DNA from: Pseudovirgaria hyperparasitica
Lineage: Eukaryota
Reading direction: 5' to 3' (one strand)
Assembly (NCBI GenBank): GCA_010093815.1
Contig: ML996567.1
DNA: 64,000 bases
Of the stretch, positions 35,619 to 48,923 are shown piece by piece. Numbering within the stretch: position 1 is the first letter of the stretch; the number at the start of each line of letters is the position of its first letter. The notes under the pieces are model-generated. The model was given only the letters and a program-made list of their open reading frames with translations, was not told the DNA's origin and ran no database searches. A program made the translations under genes and the position numbers.

Positions 35619-36558
35619 ATGGCCGCTCAAGGGAAAGTCTTTGTGCTCACAGGCGCATCTCGAGGTACGTAGCCCTTGCCCTTGCCCCCGCATCGTACGA
35701 CAATCACGCGACCATGTCGCTACCCTCGTCTGACACGTACTTCAGGCATGGGGTTAGCAATTGCCCATTACCTGCTGAAACAGAAATGCAACTTGATAGT
35801 TGTATCGCGGAGTCTCGAGCCTCTACAGAAGTTGGAATCTGAATATCCCTCTCAGGTCAAGGCTTTAGCAGGAGATCTAGCCGACTCTCGCCTTGCAAAG
35901 CAAGCTATCGAGGCTGCAACCCGTGAATGGAATCGTTTGGATGGACTTATTGCCAATCACGGAACTTTGGATCCTGTCAAAAAGATTGCAGATTTAGACA
36001 TTGAGGAATGGAAAACTGCATTTGATATCAATCTATTCTCTATCATCACATTGGCAAGTGAGCATGAACCCTCGCAAATAAACTACTAACACATCCAAGG
36101 TCAAGGAGGCTCTGCCATCATTGAAGCAGTCCAAGGGAAGCATTATCATAACCTCATCCGGTGCATCTCAAAATGCCTATACAGGGTGGGGGGCGTATGG
36201 GGCAGCGAAAGCGACCCTCAACCATCTTGTTCTTTCTTTGGGTGAAGAGGAACCAGATGTGTTATCAATTGCGGTTCGACCAGGAACAGTTGATACTGAT
36301 ATGCAAAGAGATATCCGCGAGAAACATCAAAGCACCATGAGCCAGAAGGACTATGAAAAATTTTCAGCTTTGAAGACCACTGGAAAGTTACTGAAACCGG
36401 AGCAACCGGGTCATGTCATCGCAAAGCTTGCAATTGACGCGCCCAAGGAGCTGAGCGGGAAGTTTCTCAGGTAAGTACTGCCATGACACAAACATGGGTG
36501 TGACTGATGATATGTACCTAGCTGGAATGCAGAGGATCTGAAAGCATATCAGGGTTGA
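35619..36558 (+). CDS. Short-chain dehydrogenase/reductase (IRC24/YIR035C-like), 3 introns
   Basis: Spliced TGASRGMG, ANHGTLDP, SSGAS..AYTGWGAYGAAK (YxxxK), RPGTVDTDMQ, LSGKFL. Confidence 0.9.
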
Positions 36559-37793
36559 GTAGACTGTAGAGCGCGAGGCGACGACGACTGTGTGACTGAT
36601 CAGTAAAGTGTTATTGAGGAATCAGATGCAAGGACGGTGGAGGGAGGTGCAGTCAGTCGAAAGATGAAAAGTAGGATATCATTGAAGCAGCATCAGGCCG
36701 AGGCCTTCAGTTTTAGCATGGAATGATTAGGATCATCATCACAAGGATTTGGGAGAGAATGTGATGCTTACGTTATCAAATACCGATCCAGGCCAATATA
36801 GACCGAGTAGTTGTTGGAGATATTGTCTTCATGGTGTTAGCAGTGGTCACGACAGGTAAGTTTGACAGTATGATCGTCGAGGTACTTTTCAGGTAATCGA
36901 ACCATTTTTATTCGTCATTGTATGTCCGAATTTGATAGTACATGTTTTGTTCATCATAGAGGGGCGCCGTGCATGATAGTGTGAAACATACCTTCAGAAT
37001 CCATACGAGCTTTTCAACGGTCGCCCATGGTCATGTATCATGTACAAGCGTGTACGGTAAGCACGAAGAGGCAAACATCATGATGGGAGTAGAATTACGG
37101 CTGCATCCGAACAGACAAAGGCAGAGTGACGTTTCTGTAAACCCTACACTTTTCATTCTATTAGCAATGTCCAAGAAGGTCGATATGAATGAATGGGTCA
37201 AGTTGGGGTTTCTCAGCCAGTCTTTTGGCTAGACGTGTAATCACCATGGTTATTTTAAGATAGGGGCGACACGAATGATCATCATTGAAGGGAAGGAGAA
37301 ATTGCGAGGGAGCTGTGACTTACAAGAAAGCGGTATGTGAATGTGACCGCGCGTGTAAACGACGGTCACATAGTCCAGCGGTCTTTCGTGTTCCAAGTTA
37401 AGCAGGTACTATTAAGGAGCAGAATTTGCATATGACGATATGAACATGTGCGGGCTTGACGATGTGGCTGCATTCGCGCCTGATGTCGTTGATGGAATGC
37501 GAAGAGTGTGGAAACGGAAAAATGAAATTTAAAAGCTGTCAGAGAATGCGCACGGCCCAGCCTCAGTAGTGCCCGGTGCCCGGAGGCGGGCGGTGAAGGA
37601 AGAAAGGCCGACAACCCCTGCCTGGTCGCGTCGTCTGTTGCTGTCGTAGTGCTAAAAGCTCAAGTTCAAATACTGCCACCCTCCCTCCCACCAGCACCGA
37701 AATGTCTGTCCTCAAAAGTCGAAGATCAACCTATCAGCATAGCACACATAAGCTTGAATACAGGGTCTCCTGACATAGTAACCGTCTTTCAGG

Positions 37794-38484
37794 ATGTCTG
37801 ACCGAGAATTTGGTGGTAAGTCCTATTTGCGACGACTTTTGCGCAGCCTGCTAGTCCGTCAACTCGTTCTGCGCAAATCGCTGATGTGAGACAGGCAACG
37901 ATGAGCTATCCCTTCCAAAAGGTATTCCACTCCATTTCATGAAACCGATCCTACTTGGCTATACAGTTCGAATTCATCTTGCGCTGTTTCTCGAGCATTG
38001 CATTTCCCTAGCTTTGGGAACATTGACCTGTGTTGGGCTGACATTGTGATTAGCAACCGTACAGAAGATCATAACAGAGATTCTCAATAAAGACTCGGGA
38101 ACTGCCTTTGCGAAAGATACCCGCGATGTTCTTATCGAGTGCTGCGTCGAGTTCATCACTCTGATCTCATCCGAAGCCAACGAGATAGCAGAGAAGGAGG
38201 CGAAGAAGACCATTGCATGCGAACATGTAACGAAAGCATTAGAAGAACTGGGATTCTCCGACTACGTCAGCCACATCCTAGATGTATCCAAGGATTTCAA
38301 GGCTGCGCAGGTGGTGAGTTTATCGCTACGATGGATGTGATGATACTGACGACCGAGCCAGAACCGCGAAAAGAAGCAGAGTAAGATAGAACAGAGCGGT
38401 TTGACTGAGGAAGAATTGATACGGCAGCAAGAAGAGTTGTTTGCCTCCGCCACGTCCAAGTTTACAGGGCCTGGTGAGGAATGA
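37794..38484 (+). CDS. NCB2: Negative cofactor 2 beta (Dr1), histone-fold protein, 3 coding-region introns
   Basis: Spliced MSDREFGGNDELSLPKATVQKII...LIECCVEFITLISSEANEIAEKEAKKTIACEH...SGLTEEELIRQQEELF. Confidence 0.92.
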
Positions 38485-38996
38485 AGTCGTGCTCGAGAGT
38501 CGAATATAGGAGACTGGCGTTTTCGGAATGCACAATGCATCTAGTGGAGTTCAGGCGTCAGTGCGAGGGTTATACACAAAGTGATATGGGCTTGTCAATA
38601 TTGTCGTAGGGGTAGAGCGATTTCGCGCTCGGACTGAATACCGCATACACGGGCAGACGGAGCAAGGCGAATGACCGCCGCATAAAGGCGGCCGACAGCG
38701 TGAGACGATATTTATTAACTCAACGCTGTGAATAAATCAATGTTGTGAAGGAGATCAGGATGGAATGTTGTGCTACACTGGTACCTTAAGGAAGGTATCC
38801 AAATGTAAATGTTTCTAAATGACGTGGGGCTCCCGCCCAGCCAGCACCTGCCCGCACTCTACCAGGCATCATTCACATGGTTCGCGCTTCGACAAAGGCA
38901 AGCTTTCAACATCCACGCTCCGTATCGCTCAAGTCTCCTGTTCTGCCTTATACAAATCACGGCGCTCCGCTCTGATCAGCACAGAATCAGCCCAAG

Positions 38997-39767
38997 ATGT
39001 CTGGTCTCGAAAAGGCCTTGTTCAACCTCAAGGTATGCTGCGCATCTTCCAAAGATACACCATAGGCACCTGCAGCTGACCTGGCTTCTAGTTTACGGCG
39101 AAGCAACTGAACAGACAAGCAGCGAAAGCCGGGAAAGACGAACAGTCTGAGAAGACCAGACTGGAAAAGGTTTCGCCTTGACGAACCAGCCCACCAGATC
39201 CTCTACTGACTTGGTCTTCGTACAGGCTATGAAACAAGGAAACAATGATATTGCCCGGATATATGCCCAGAACGCTATTCGGAAACAAAACGAGAAGTTG
39301 AATCTGCTACGCCTAGCATCTCGAATCGACGCAGTCAGCAGCAGAGTCCAGACAGCCGTGACAATGCGCCAGGTGACCGGCAGCATGGCAAATGTTGTGA
39401 AGGGTATGGACGTGGCTATGAAGCAAATGGATCTCGAAAAGGTGGGAAGCATCAAGATGACTGCAAGAAGGCTTTGAAGATGTAGGGACTGACACGGCTA
39501 TAGATATCGGCAGTCATGGACAAGTTTGAGACACAGTTCGAGGACCTGGACGTCGCGACCGGATACTACGAAAACGCTACATCATCGGCGACAGCAGTTG
39601 GGACACCGCAAGAAGATGTCGATAAACTCATGGCACAGACTGCAGACAAGGCTGGGGTGGAGCTGCATCAAGAACTAGAGGAGGCTACCCCAGCGAAGAC
39701 CAAGATTGGTCCTACCGAACAAGAAGAGGATGGGCTGAACGAGAGGCTGCGAGCCCTCCGGAATTAA
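38997..39767 (+). CDS. DID2: ESCRT-III-associated Did2/Vps46 (CHMP1), 3 introns
   Basis: [59 protein letters not shown]-terminal MIM1 [10 protein letters not shown]. Confidence 0.94.
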
Positions 39768-40400
39768 GAGGGTTGGAATACAATGACTTGGGTGTTTAGG
39801 GAGTTTCCGGATTAGGCCGATCTCAAGAGGAGCACTCATCATATCAGATATTATACGACGAAACCAGCATGCCCTCTGGTTTCAACATTGCATGCATTCA
39901 TAGACAAAGCTGCTCTGCTGGTATATCTCATCGAGTGTGACTGCTACGACTGCAACTTTTTGGAATGTTGGAGAAGCTGTACTCAGTGCAGCACTGTAGT
40001 GGAGGATACTAAATCGATAACGCTAATATATCGAAATATGTCCGGGTGCCGGCCCAAACTCATATCGAAAGCTTAATTAAGGTAGCCAATTCATAGTGCC
40101 TTCCGGATGATTCTTTGTTCTTATCCCTGTCAACTTCATATGTGTGCCTCTCTGAATGGTAAGCGCATTAGATCATGACAAGCATCGTACCGTTGAATGT
40201 TGTACAACCTTGCTATCAGACGATCGCGTCATAGGAACATTGACATCGGTTAACAAACCACGGATGCGGACCACCATCACTCGCACTACGTACTACAAGG
40301 TGTGTTAAGAACCGGGCTCTAATACTTTCGACAGATATCTCCACAGGAACTGGCTCGCGTGACGAATGGTAGACAGATATTGATTGGCTGAATCGTCACT

Positions 40401-40420
40401 CGCCACAGCCTGCGCCACAG
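40401..40420 (-). promoter_or_regulatory. Crz1/CrzA-type calcineurin-response (CDRE-like) element upstream of the Ca2+/H+ exchanger
   Basis: Minus strand reads GTGGCGCAGGCTGTGGCG, which contains GNGGCKCA. Confidence 0.35.
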
Positions 40421-41213
40421 GTCATCGGTAAACAGAGCCTCCGTTGATAGCGAGGGTGAGCTAGTCATGCATCTAGATTCGTGCATGACTGTGTGAGTCC
40501 TGCTAGATCATATCAATATGCTATCTATCCGACATCAGTAGCTCGTGGTGGTGACGATGGTTGATAAGCGCCTTTGCGTAAGAGATCGAAGCATTGAAAC
40601 GGTATGTAGATGTAGAGAATGCCATCTAATTATCTGTAGACGTAGAAAGCGATCATGAATTTGGGGGGAGGGGACATGGGGAAGTTGCTGTGTGGGTGAG
40701 GCGCGACCCTAGCTAATTAGCTAGCTACTCAGGGGAGGCGTGGGCGTAACAACGTAAGGTATCTCTTGTTGTCTGGGTCTCTCAACCTCAATCGTCACAC
40801 GCTTATTAGCCTTCACGCAATTCAACTTTCTATCAATGTTTCCTTTTTGTTTGCACACCTTCGTCACAAGCTGCATGCGCTCTTCCACCGGCATATTAGA
40901 CAAATATTTGTTTCGGCACTGTGCGCCCACGTGTCGCACAGGAAACCAATTCAAAGTCCTGACATGCGTGAGTTGACGTCGCTCTCTCTATTCGTGCTGC
41001 AGCCGGAGCTTCCAAGGATCCGCATGCTTGAAAGTTGGCTGCATCCTGACCAAGTGGGGCACATGGCTGCTTCTTCGGGAGCAGCGAGCTTCGTCGCCGA
41101 CAGATGGACGGATCGTCAAGATCAAATAAAGCCGCCTCACCCACTTCGTCATACCCTCTCCCTCTCTCTCCTACACCTTTCAACACACGCCCTTTGTGCT
41201 TATTACACCATCG

Positions 41214-43821
41214 ATGGGAGAAGCTTCTGACGATCCGAGTTTATTAGACAGAATAAACCCATGGGCAAAGTCGAATGTCAAGAGTCGCTCAAAGGCCGCT
41301 GAGAAGTCCGTCTTGCCGCTGACCAACCAATCCTCCTCCTCCACCAATGCTTCGTCTTCCTCCGCAGCACCACCTGGATCCGCAACACACAATCGGCTTC
41401 CGAGTCACCATGCCGATTTCATTAGCGGCAGCAAGGCAACCAGAAACAATGTTGCAGACGATACATCCTCGAACTCGCCGCCACCTGCCCCTCCGCCCGT
41501 CAATACGCAGGCTTCGGGAGCGTCATCTACCTCCTTAGACAATGAGAAGTTGCAGGAGGACCAGAAGCCCGGTTGGGCCTCTCGTCTTCATGCTGGTTCC
41601 AAACGATTTATCATTCATACTAAGGATGCCATAACATACAGTTGGATCAATGTCCTACTCATATTCGTTCCCGTTGGCATTGCCTGTAAAGCTGCCGGGC
41701 TGAGCCCGAGTATCATTTTTGCTATGAACGCCATAGCTATCATTCCACTGGCTGGTCTACTTAGTCATGCTACTGAAAGTGTTGCCAGTCGCTTGGGCGA
41801 CACCCTAGGTGCTCTTCTTAACGTATCATTTGGTAATGCTGTCGAGCTTATCATATTCATCATTGCATTGGTTAAGAATGAAATCCGCATTGTGCAAGCT
41901 TCACTGCTTGGATCAATCCTTGCAAACCTGCTGCTGATTCTTGGAATGGCTTTCCTATTTGGTGGCCTTCGCTTCCGAGAACAGGTCCGTACTCAAGTAC
42001 TCTTAGATCGGCTTAAAATCCTAACTCTACGGTAGATATACAACAGCACCGTCACGCAGATGAGCGCTTGTATGCTCAGCCTGAGCGTTGTTAGTCTTCT
42101 ATTACCAGTAAGCACATCGTGCCATGAAGCCTTTACTGGAGAATGCTAATGTCGTGGTACAGACTGCTTTCCATGCGTCTTTCTCAGACAATGCCAACGC
42201 TGACAGAACTACACTCAAGATCAGTCGTGGTACTAGTGTAGTTCTACTACTGGTCTACATTCTTTATCTTCTCTTCCAGCTGAAGTCTCACGCGTATCTG
42301 TACGAGAGTACCCCACAGTCTGTCATCGACTTGGAATCACATCCTGGTGTTTTGCATGATATGCTCAACTCTAGCTCGTCAAGCTCATCAGATACCTCGA
42401 GCTCAAGCGACACTGATAGCTCAAGCGGCTCTCACAAGACTACCAAGCGAATTAAGAGGATGATGAGGCGTAAGCGTAGAAAGTCGAGCGCTAGCTCGAA
42501 AGAAACAACGTCGACACCATCGACCACCATCAATTCTCCTTCGCCTGAGGTCCAGTCGAGTCTAGCTTACTTCGACACACAGCGGAACATGTCCGTATCA
42601 TCGAACCCTGAGGCCAAGTCTCGTCGCATCTCGATGTCCAATGCGGTTATGAGCGGCGACGAAGCTGATATGGAGACCGAACCTAGGATGCCCAGAACAA
42701 ACTCAGAAGGCACTACGATCCGAGATTTCCAGCCTGAAGGAGTAGTGTCTCCTTCTAAAAGCCCCGAGAGATCCAAAAGTAAGAAACAGAAGAAGAAGGA
42801 GAAGAAGCATCACAAAGGTAAGAATACGACTTATACCGATGATGTACCCGAACCCCCGAAACACCAAGAATCTTTTAGCGGCCTGGCTAATATCTCCACG
42901 ACTACATCGCCCACAGATGTAGACATTGTTGGACCGAGAGTAGGCTTCGCAGATGAAACCCTCGAAGACTCGATGAATACTCCTGCGAACCAAGCTCGCC
43001 GCCCATTCAATATTCGTCAATTTTCTACTCGGCAAGGAACGCTTAGACCAAGTATGCCCACTTTACTCTCGAACAACGTTTTTGTTATGCCACCTCCTGA
43101 GAACCCTCAACCTTCTATTGGTGCACCGATGATCCCACGGGTCGCGCACCACCGCCTTCGCAAGACTACATCTCTTCCGGATCGCCTGAACAGACAAGCG
43201 TCTCAGGCATCGCAGATTAGACCTTCTGGTCTCCCAGGAACCGGTATACCACTTGTGAAAGACGAGGAGAAGCCCCAAATGTCCAGAACTGCTGCGGTCA
43301 TGCTACTATTGTTCTCTACTGGTCTCGTCGCAGTTTGCGCTGAATTTTTGGTTGACGCAATTCCTCAATTGACTGAGTCTGGTGGTTCCGGTGTGAGCGA
43401 AGCATTTATTGGTCTCATCATCCTTCCCATCGTTGGTAATGCGGCTGAGCATGTCACTGCTGTTACAGTAGCAGCGAAGAACAAAATGGACCTGGCTATT
43501 GGTGTTGCAGTCGGTAGTAGCATCCAGATCGCCATCTTCGTCACCCCTCTTGTCGTCATTCTCGGATGGTGCATGAACAAGGACATGACCTTGTACTTCA
43601 CTCTGTTTGAGACCATTTCACTGTTTGCTTCAGTTTTCGTGGTCAACTTCTTGGTCTTAGATGGAAGGAGCAACTACCTTGAAGGCGCGCTCTTGATCGC
43701 AGCTTATGTGATCATTGCTGTTGCTGCTTTTTTCTACCCTGACGAAGAGTCTCAGAGTTCTGTTGGCGGCAACCCCGATAACGGATCTCCACAACTACTG
43801 AAAATGCTTCTTCGTCTCTAG
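41214..43821 (+). CDS. VCX1: Ca2+/H+ exchanger (CAX/VCX1 family) with long cytosolic loop, 2 introns
   Basis: Alpha-1 repeat LLNVSFGNAVELI, LLGSILANLLL, FQLKSH, alpha-2 repeat LPIVGNAAEH, AVGSSIQIA, DGRSNYLEG. Orthology to yeast VCX1 versus a paralogous CAX is not established. Confidence 0.9.
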
Positions 43822-44591
43822 GGCGTAGACATGGTATTAAAGGGCCAAATAATACAGGGCCAGGTCAGATGGGATCGGATGAGCGAATACGTATAGGAGC
43901 GCATGTTTCATATTCACTTGAGTCTTGAATATTACCTCAATGCAATGGTGCGAATTGCGAGAAAAAGGAACACGAGCGTAGAAGCAGTTTTCCGCGTCTC
44001 AGACAGACAGACTTAATTCTATCTTCAAGTACGGTATTGGCATTCGCGTACCTGCTCCCTTTTCACCATACTTCATGTTCTTAGATCTAAAATGTATATG
44101 CATGTGAATTCCCATTGATCCCCTACGCCACAACGGCTCGTTCCGCTCATCCGAGTACGGCGGCGGGCGCTAGAGTACACTGACAGCAAGCCGCAAGCAC
44201 GGTCTTCACCGATGTGACCGACAAGCGAGAATGTGGAGATATATCCCCCAGCCAAACATGAATGGCAACGATAGTGACAAATAGGTCTAACCGACCGGTT
44301 GCAAAAAACATCATCTCAATACTGTCAAAGTCTGACAAGAGGCTAATACGAAGTAGCTATACGAGAATGCATGCCGCCGAAACATTTTGTGGTAGTATTG
44401 ACTAGACATCGGAAGTCCCGCAGAAAGAGAACAAAAGAAGCAACTATTTGCCTGACAATATGTAGATAGATGCGCGCCGGAGCTATACAAGGATACATCT
44501 CAGGGAGCATCGAGTAATACGCTGTTCAGAAAGAAAAGGGGTTGGAATACAATAACTGTATGTCTCGTGCCCCATACATGACTTTTTCACT

Positions 44592-45819
44592 TCACTCGGT
44601 CGTAACCGCAACCTCTGTCTTGTCATCCATCTTTGGACCTGTGCCAGCTTCCTCGAGGCTCTTGCCCTTACCGCCGTACTGCTCCGGTACATCTGGACCT
44701 AATTCCGACACTAGCGTGCTACCGGAGCTCAGAACGGTGAATTTGCGCACGGTCTCCTTGCTCAGAAGCATCTTGGCGGCCGTGAACATCCAGCCCATGA
44801 CTGCAGGCACGTTGATGAAGAACTTGCGTGATAGTGTCTCCGGGTAGTATGCGGAGAAGGTGTCAACGGTGGCCTTGACGGCGGCTTTGACAAGAGGGTC
44901 TTGGCGCAGGAAAGACACGGACATGTAGTCGTGCACCTGGTATGCTTGGTATGGGTCGCGGCCGGTATTCCAGTCGGGTATCGGAGTGGTGGCGGTTGAT
45001 AGAGAGAGTTTCTGGAGAGAGAGCTCCATGAGGCTAACGCGCCAGCGAATGAATCTGGATAGAAGTGTTAGTTTATCCGGTTCAATGGGCGGAGAAGGGC
45101 AACGATTTGTACTCGTCAAGTACGCCGAAGGTCTTTTTGTTGTCCTTGACCGCGCCGTAGAGGTTGAAGGTCACGACTGCCTTGCCATCTTCGGGAACAT
45201 CACTCAGGTCGAGAATATAGCCCAAGCCGCCGAACTTGCTCTTGTCGAAAACCTCTTCAATTGTCTTGAGAGGTTGAAACTCTTTGCGCCACTTTAGGGT
45301 CTTGAGAAGCTGATCCTTCGCCTTGGAGAGATCATTCTGGTTTGCACGAAGGAACTTCTGGAGGATGAGCTTCGTTTGGAAGCTGTTGTCAGACGCGAGG
45401 TGGACGCCCCAGACTTCATTGTAGTCGGCCTCTTTGACGAGAGTGGGCAGTTCAACGACGAATTTTGAGAGCGGGTGTTCGGCGGTGAGGGTTGGCCAGC
45501 CGTCGTGGGAGTCTGCAGCACCTGCGTCTGCATCTGTCTTATTCTCCTTGTCTTCAGGACCAGAAGTCAACGGCAGTGCAGCACCAGGCTCCACTTTGGT
45601 AGGTTCACCCTCTGGCTCTTTCGTTGCCTCAGATGAGGTTAGAGGAAGGGCGTTCACGGCACCTTCGGTCTTCTGCTCGACCGGGGCTTCTTCCGGCTCT
45701 TGCGTGAGTGGGAGAACGGCACCTCCAGAGGGCTCGGTCTTCTGGGGAGCTTCGTCGGGCTTGTTCGTAGCGTCTGGGGATGTGAGAGGAACAACCTCTG
45801 TAGGCTTTGCGTCCGCCAT
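44592..45819 (-). CDS. SFH5: Sec14/CRAL-TRIO phosphatidylinositol transfer protein Sfh5, 1 intron
   Basis: YNEVWGV, ILQKFLRANQND, TLKWRKEF, FIRWRVSLME, QVHDY, YYPETLSRKFFINVP, PEQYGG. Confidence 0.92.
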
Positions 45820-46221
45820 TGTATCACACGTGCTTGGAGAGGTCAATGGTACAAAGAATGTGTGAAGGTGAGTTTTGTTGTGAAGCTAAAGTCAACAAAT
45901 CAACTTTATTTGGATTTTGGTGGTACAAGGGTGATTCCGGGCTAAGTCCGAGGTGGTAGCTGGTGCCGACGACGATAGCTTGCGTGCTCAATACTACGCA
46001 TATGGTGGAGGAAATGTCATCGCGTCGTGTCGTGCAGATGGATGCACGCGAAGCTTGTCCGTTTGCTAGAGTGGCACCTAGTATCTTTATATGTTTTACT
46101 CGCATTCCAAGACAATAGGCTTACCTGTTGATTCAATCCGTGCCAAGGTGTTCAGCACTTCATGTTTGCTGGTGGCAATCCGCGCATTCAACTATAGCTC
46201 CTAGAGAGGCAGAAGACTACA

Positions 46222-47910
46222 ATGCGCTCCTCGCATCAGATCGCTTCTTCTGTCTTCTCGTTGGTGGCACGCAGATCACAGAGATCAACACAATGCTCTC
46301 GTATCTGCAGGAGATGGCTATCGTCGGAATTCAAGAATCGGCAATGGTCGACTCCGTTAGCAAAGATGCTTGCCAACGCCATTGAGGTGAACCACGCATA
46401 CCGACCGGGTTGTAAACAATTGCTGATCTGTAACGGCAGGCTACGGGTCCAATCACAGTTGCTGCATACATGCGTCAAGTTCTTACATCCCCGGACGGAG
46501 GCTATTACACGAGCCAGACTGAGACTGGGCGAGACCAATTTGGCCAAAAGGGGGACTTTGTGACATCGCCTGAGATATCACAGATATTTGGAGAGCTCAT
46601 TGGACTATGGTTCTTGACAGAATGGATGTCCCAAGGAAAGAGAAGCTCGGGGGTCACCATAATGGAGATGGGGCCCGGCAGAGGGACACTCATGAACGAT
46701 ATGCTACGGGTGCGTCTCGCAACACGATGAGATACTGGACAAGACTGATGGGTGTAAAGACGATACAAAACTTTGAGCCGATGGCATCTAGTATCGAGGC
46801 GATATATCTGGTTGAGGCAAGCCCAATATTACGCGAGGCGCAGAAGCAGTTGCTCTGTGGGGATGCGACAATGCAAGAGAATGACATCGGCTTCGAAAGC
46901 CAGAGCAAACATTTGGAGGGGGTCAAGGTCATATGGACCGAGGACGTCCGCCTGTTACCGAAAGGTAGGCCTCAAACGGTGATCTGATCTCATACACTGA
47001 TTCCTTACTCATGAGTTTAGATGCAAACGAGTCACCGTTCATCGTAGCGCACGAGTTCTTTGATGCTCTTCCAATCCACGTCTTTCAAAGTATCGAACAG
47101 ACTGCTGATCATGGAGATAATGTCACTGCCCATGAACGGCCTGGTACTCCCACGACAGGGCAATTGAAAGGGCCGACGCGTCAATGGCGAGAGTTGGTGA
47201 TATCGCCTACGGCTGACCCAGATCCTTTGGCGCCAGACCTGGCCAAGCAACTTCCGGAATTCGAGCTATCAGTATCGAAGAAACATACACCACACAGCCT
47301 TTATTTACCAGAAACATCGCAACGCTACAAGGCACTGAAGCACGTCAAAGATGCAATAATCGAAATTAGTCCCGAATCTTTGGCATATGTATCAGAATTT
47401 GCCACGCGCATAGGTGGCTCCGATACTCAGGAAGCGCTGAATAGTGCTAAAGCACAAGCTTTCTCGAAACCTACAGCTTCTGGAGCGGCCCTGATACTCG
47501 ACTACGGTACCATGGATACGATACCAACAAACTCTCTACGCGGTATCAGACATCATGAGCGCCTCTCTCCTCTTGCTTCTCCTGGCGCTGTCGATGTCAG
47601 TGCAGATGTTGATTTTGTCGCCCTTGCGAATGCAGCCCTGGGCGCCAGCCCTAACGTCGTGGTTCATGGTCCTATGGAGCAAGGGACTTGGCTAGGTGCC
47701 ATGGGTATTCAGACGCGTGCGGAGATGCTGATGACGAAGGCGCAGAGTGAGGAGGAGAAGAGAAGGATAGAAACAGGCTGGAAGAGGTTAGTAGACAGGG
47801 GTCCACAAGGAATGGGCAAGATATATAAGGCCATGGCGATTATACCATCCATTGAAGGAGATGCTACAACGCGGAGGCCTGTAGGGTTCGGCGGCGATAT
47901 TTCAGTATAG
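46222..47910 (+). CDS. NDUFAF7: Mitochondrial protein-arginine methyltransferase NDUFAF7/MidA, 3 introns
   Basis: Arg-rich presequence, [54 protein letters not shown]. Confidence 0.93.
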
Positions 47911-48923
47911 AAACGTAGCGGACTCCCTCGCATCGTCATGTACAACTACTGCACTCACAGCCACATGCATCCAAGAGGAGAGCCAAGAAATTTCACTCTT
48001 GGCATGAGTATAATTGAACCTCCTATGGTCTTCTATATACGAAAAAGCTAAAAGTTTCGTATCCTGAAAAGCGTCGCCTGTCTCACAGGAGAGTCTCATA
48101 CATTCGCGACCCCGCCAGTCTTCTCCTCCTCGTTCAGCTGCTTGTCGTTCACATGTGGGCGTCCATGCCAAGGCATCACCATCTGCATATGCAGCATCAC
48201 TCCGCAACCTTTATCACAAAGCCTCTGAATAAGTTCGGTAATCGTCTTCTTATGGATATATATCCCTCATTCGCACATAAACTTCCTGCTTGCCCCCTAA
48301 CCTTTCCAAAGCACTTGCCAAGTGTTCTGCCAAGAGAGAGCCTCGAATTCTCACGACATCGACGTCTACGACTTTCCTCCTGTCAGTTCTGACGGCCAAT
48401 CGGCGCAAGGCACCCTGATAACAGTCTCAAGCGCATAAGCATTCCTTAGTAGTCCAGGACGTCCGTTTGATTGGCCAGACCACAGTGATGGTGGGTCCAT
48501 CTTTTGAGCCGGAACTGGCCGTGCAAGTTTGAGTACCAAGAAAGACATCGGCTCGGGGTTCTCACTGAAATGCCAGCTTGCGTCACTACGTGCGCACGAT
48601 TCGGGCTTGTAGACTACGACGGGGACGCGCTAGGTCTACTTAGGTCTGGGACAGGGTTGGCGGGTATTGCCGAGAGGGTCGTGTAGCATGTCTGTATCGC
48701 ATGTGAGCGCACAGAGTCATTTCCGTCACAATGGAAAGCGTTATTATCGTACGGCATACAAAGTTCTATCTAGTGACCAGACATGACCAGGTGCTAGTTC
48801 TCAACAATATTTGGCGTAATTTTGAGTTTTATGACTCCAAACACCATCTACGCAATGGATGAGGCAAACCAAGGCTAAGACCAAATCTAGATTTGGAAGG
48901 GAAATGTTCAAAAATTTCTATAA

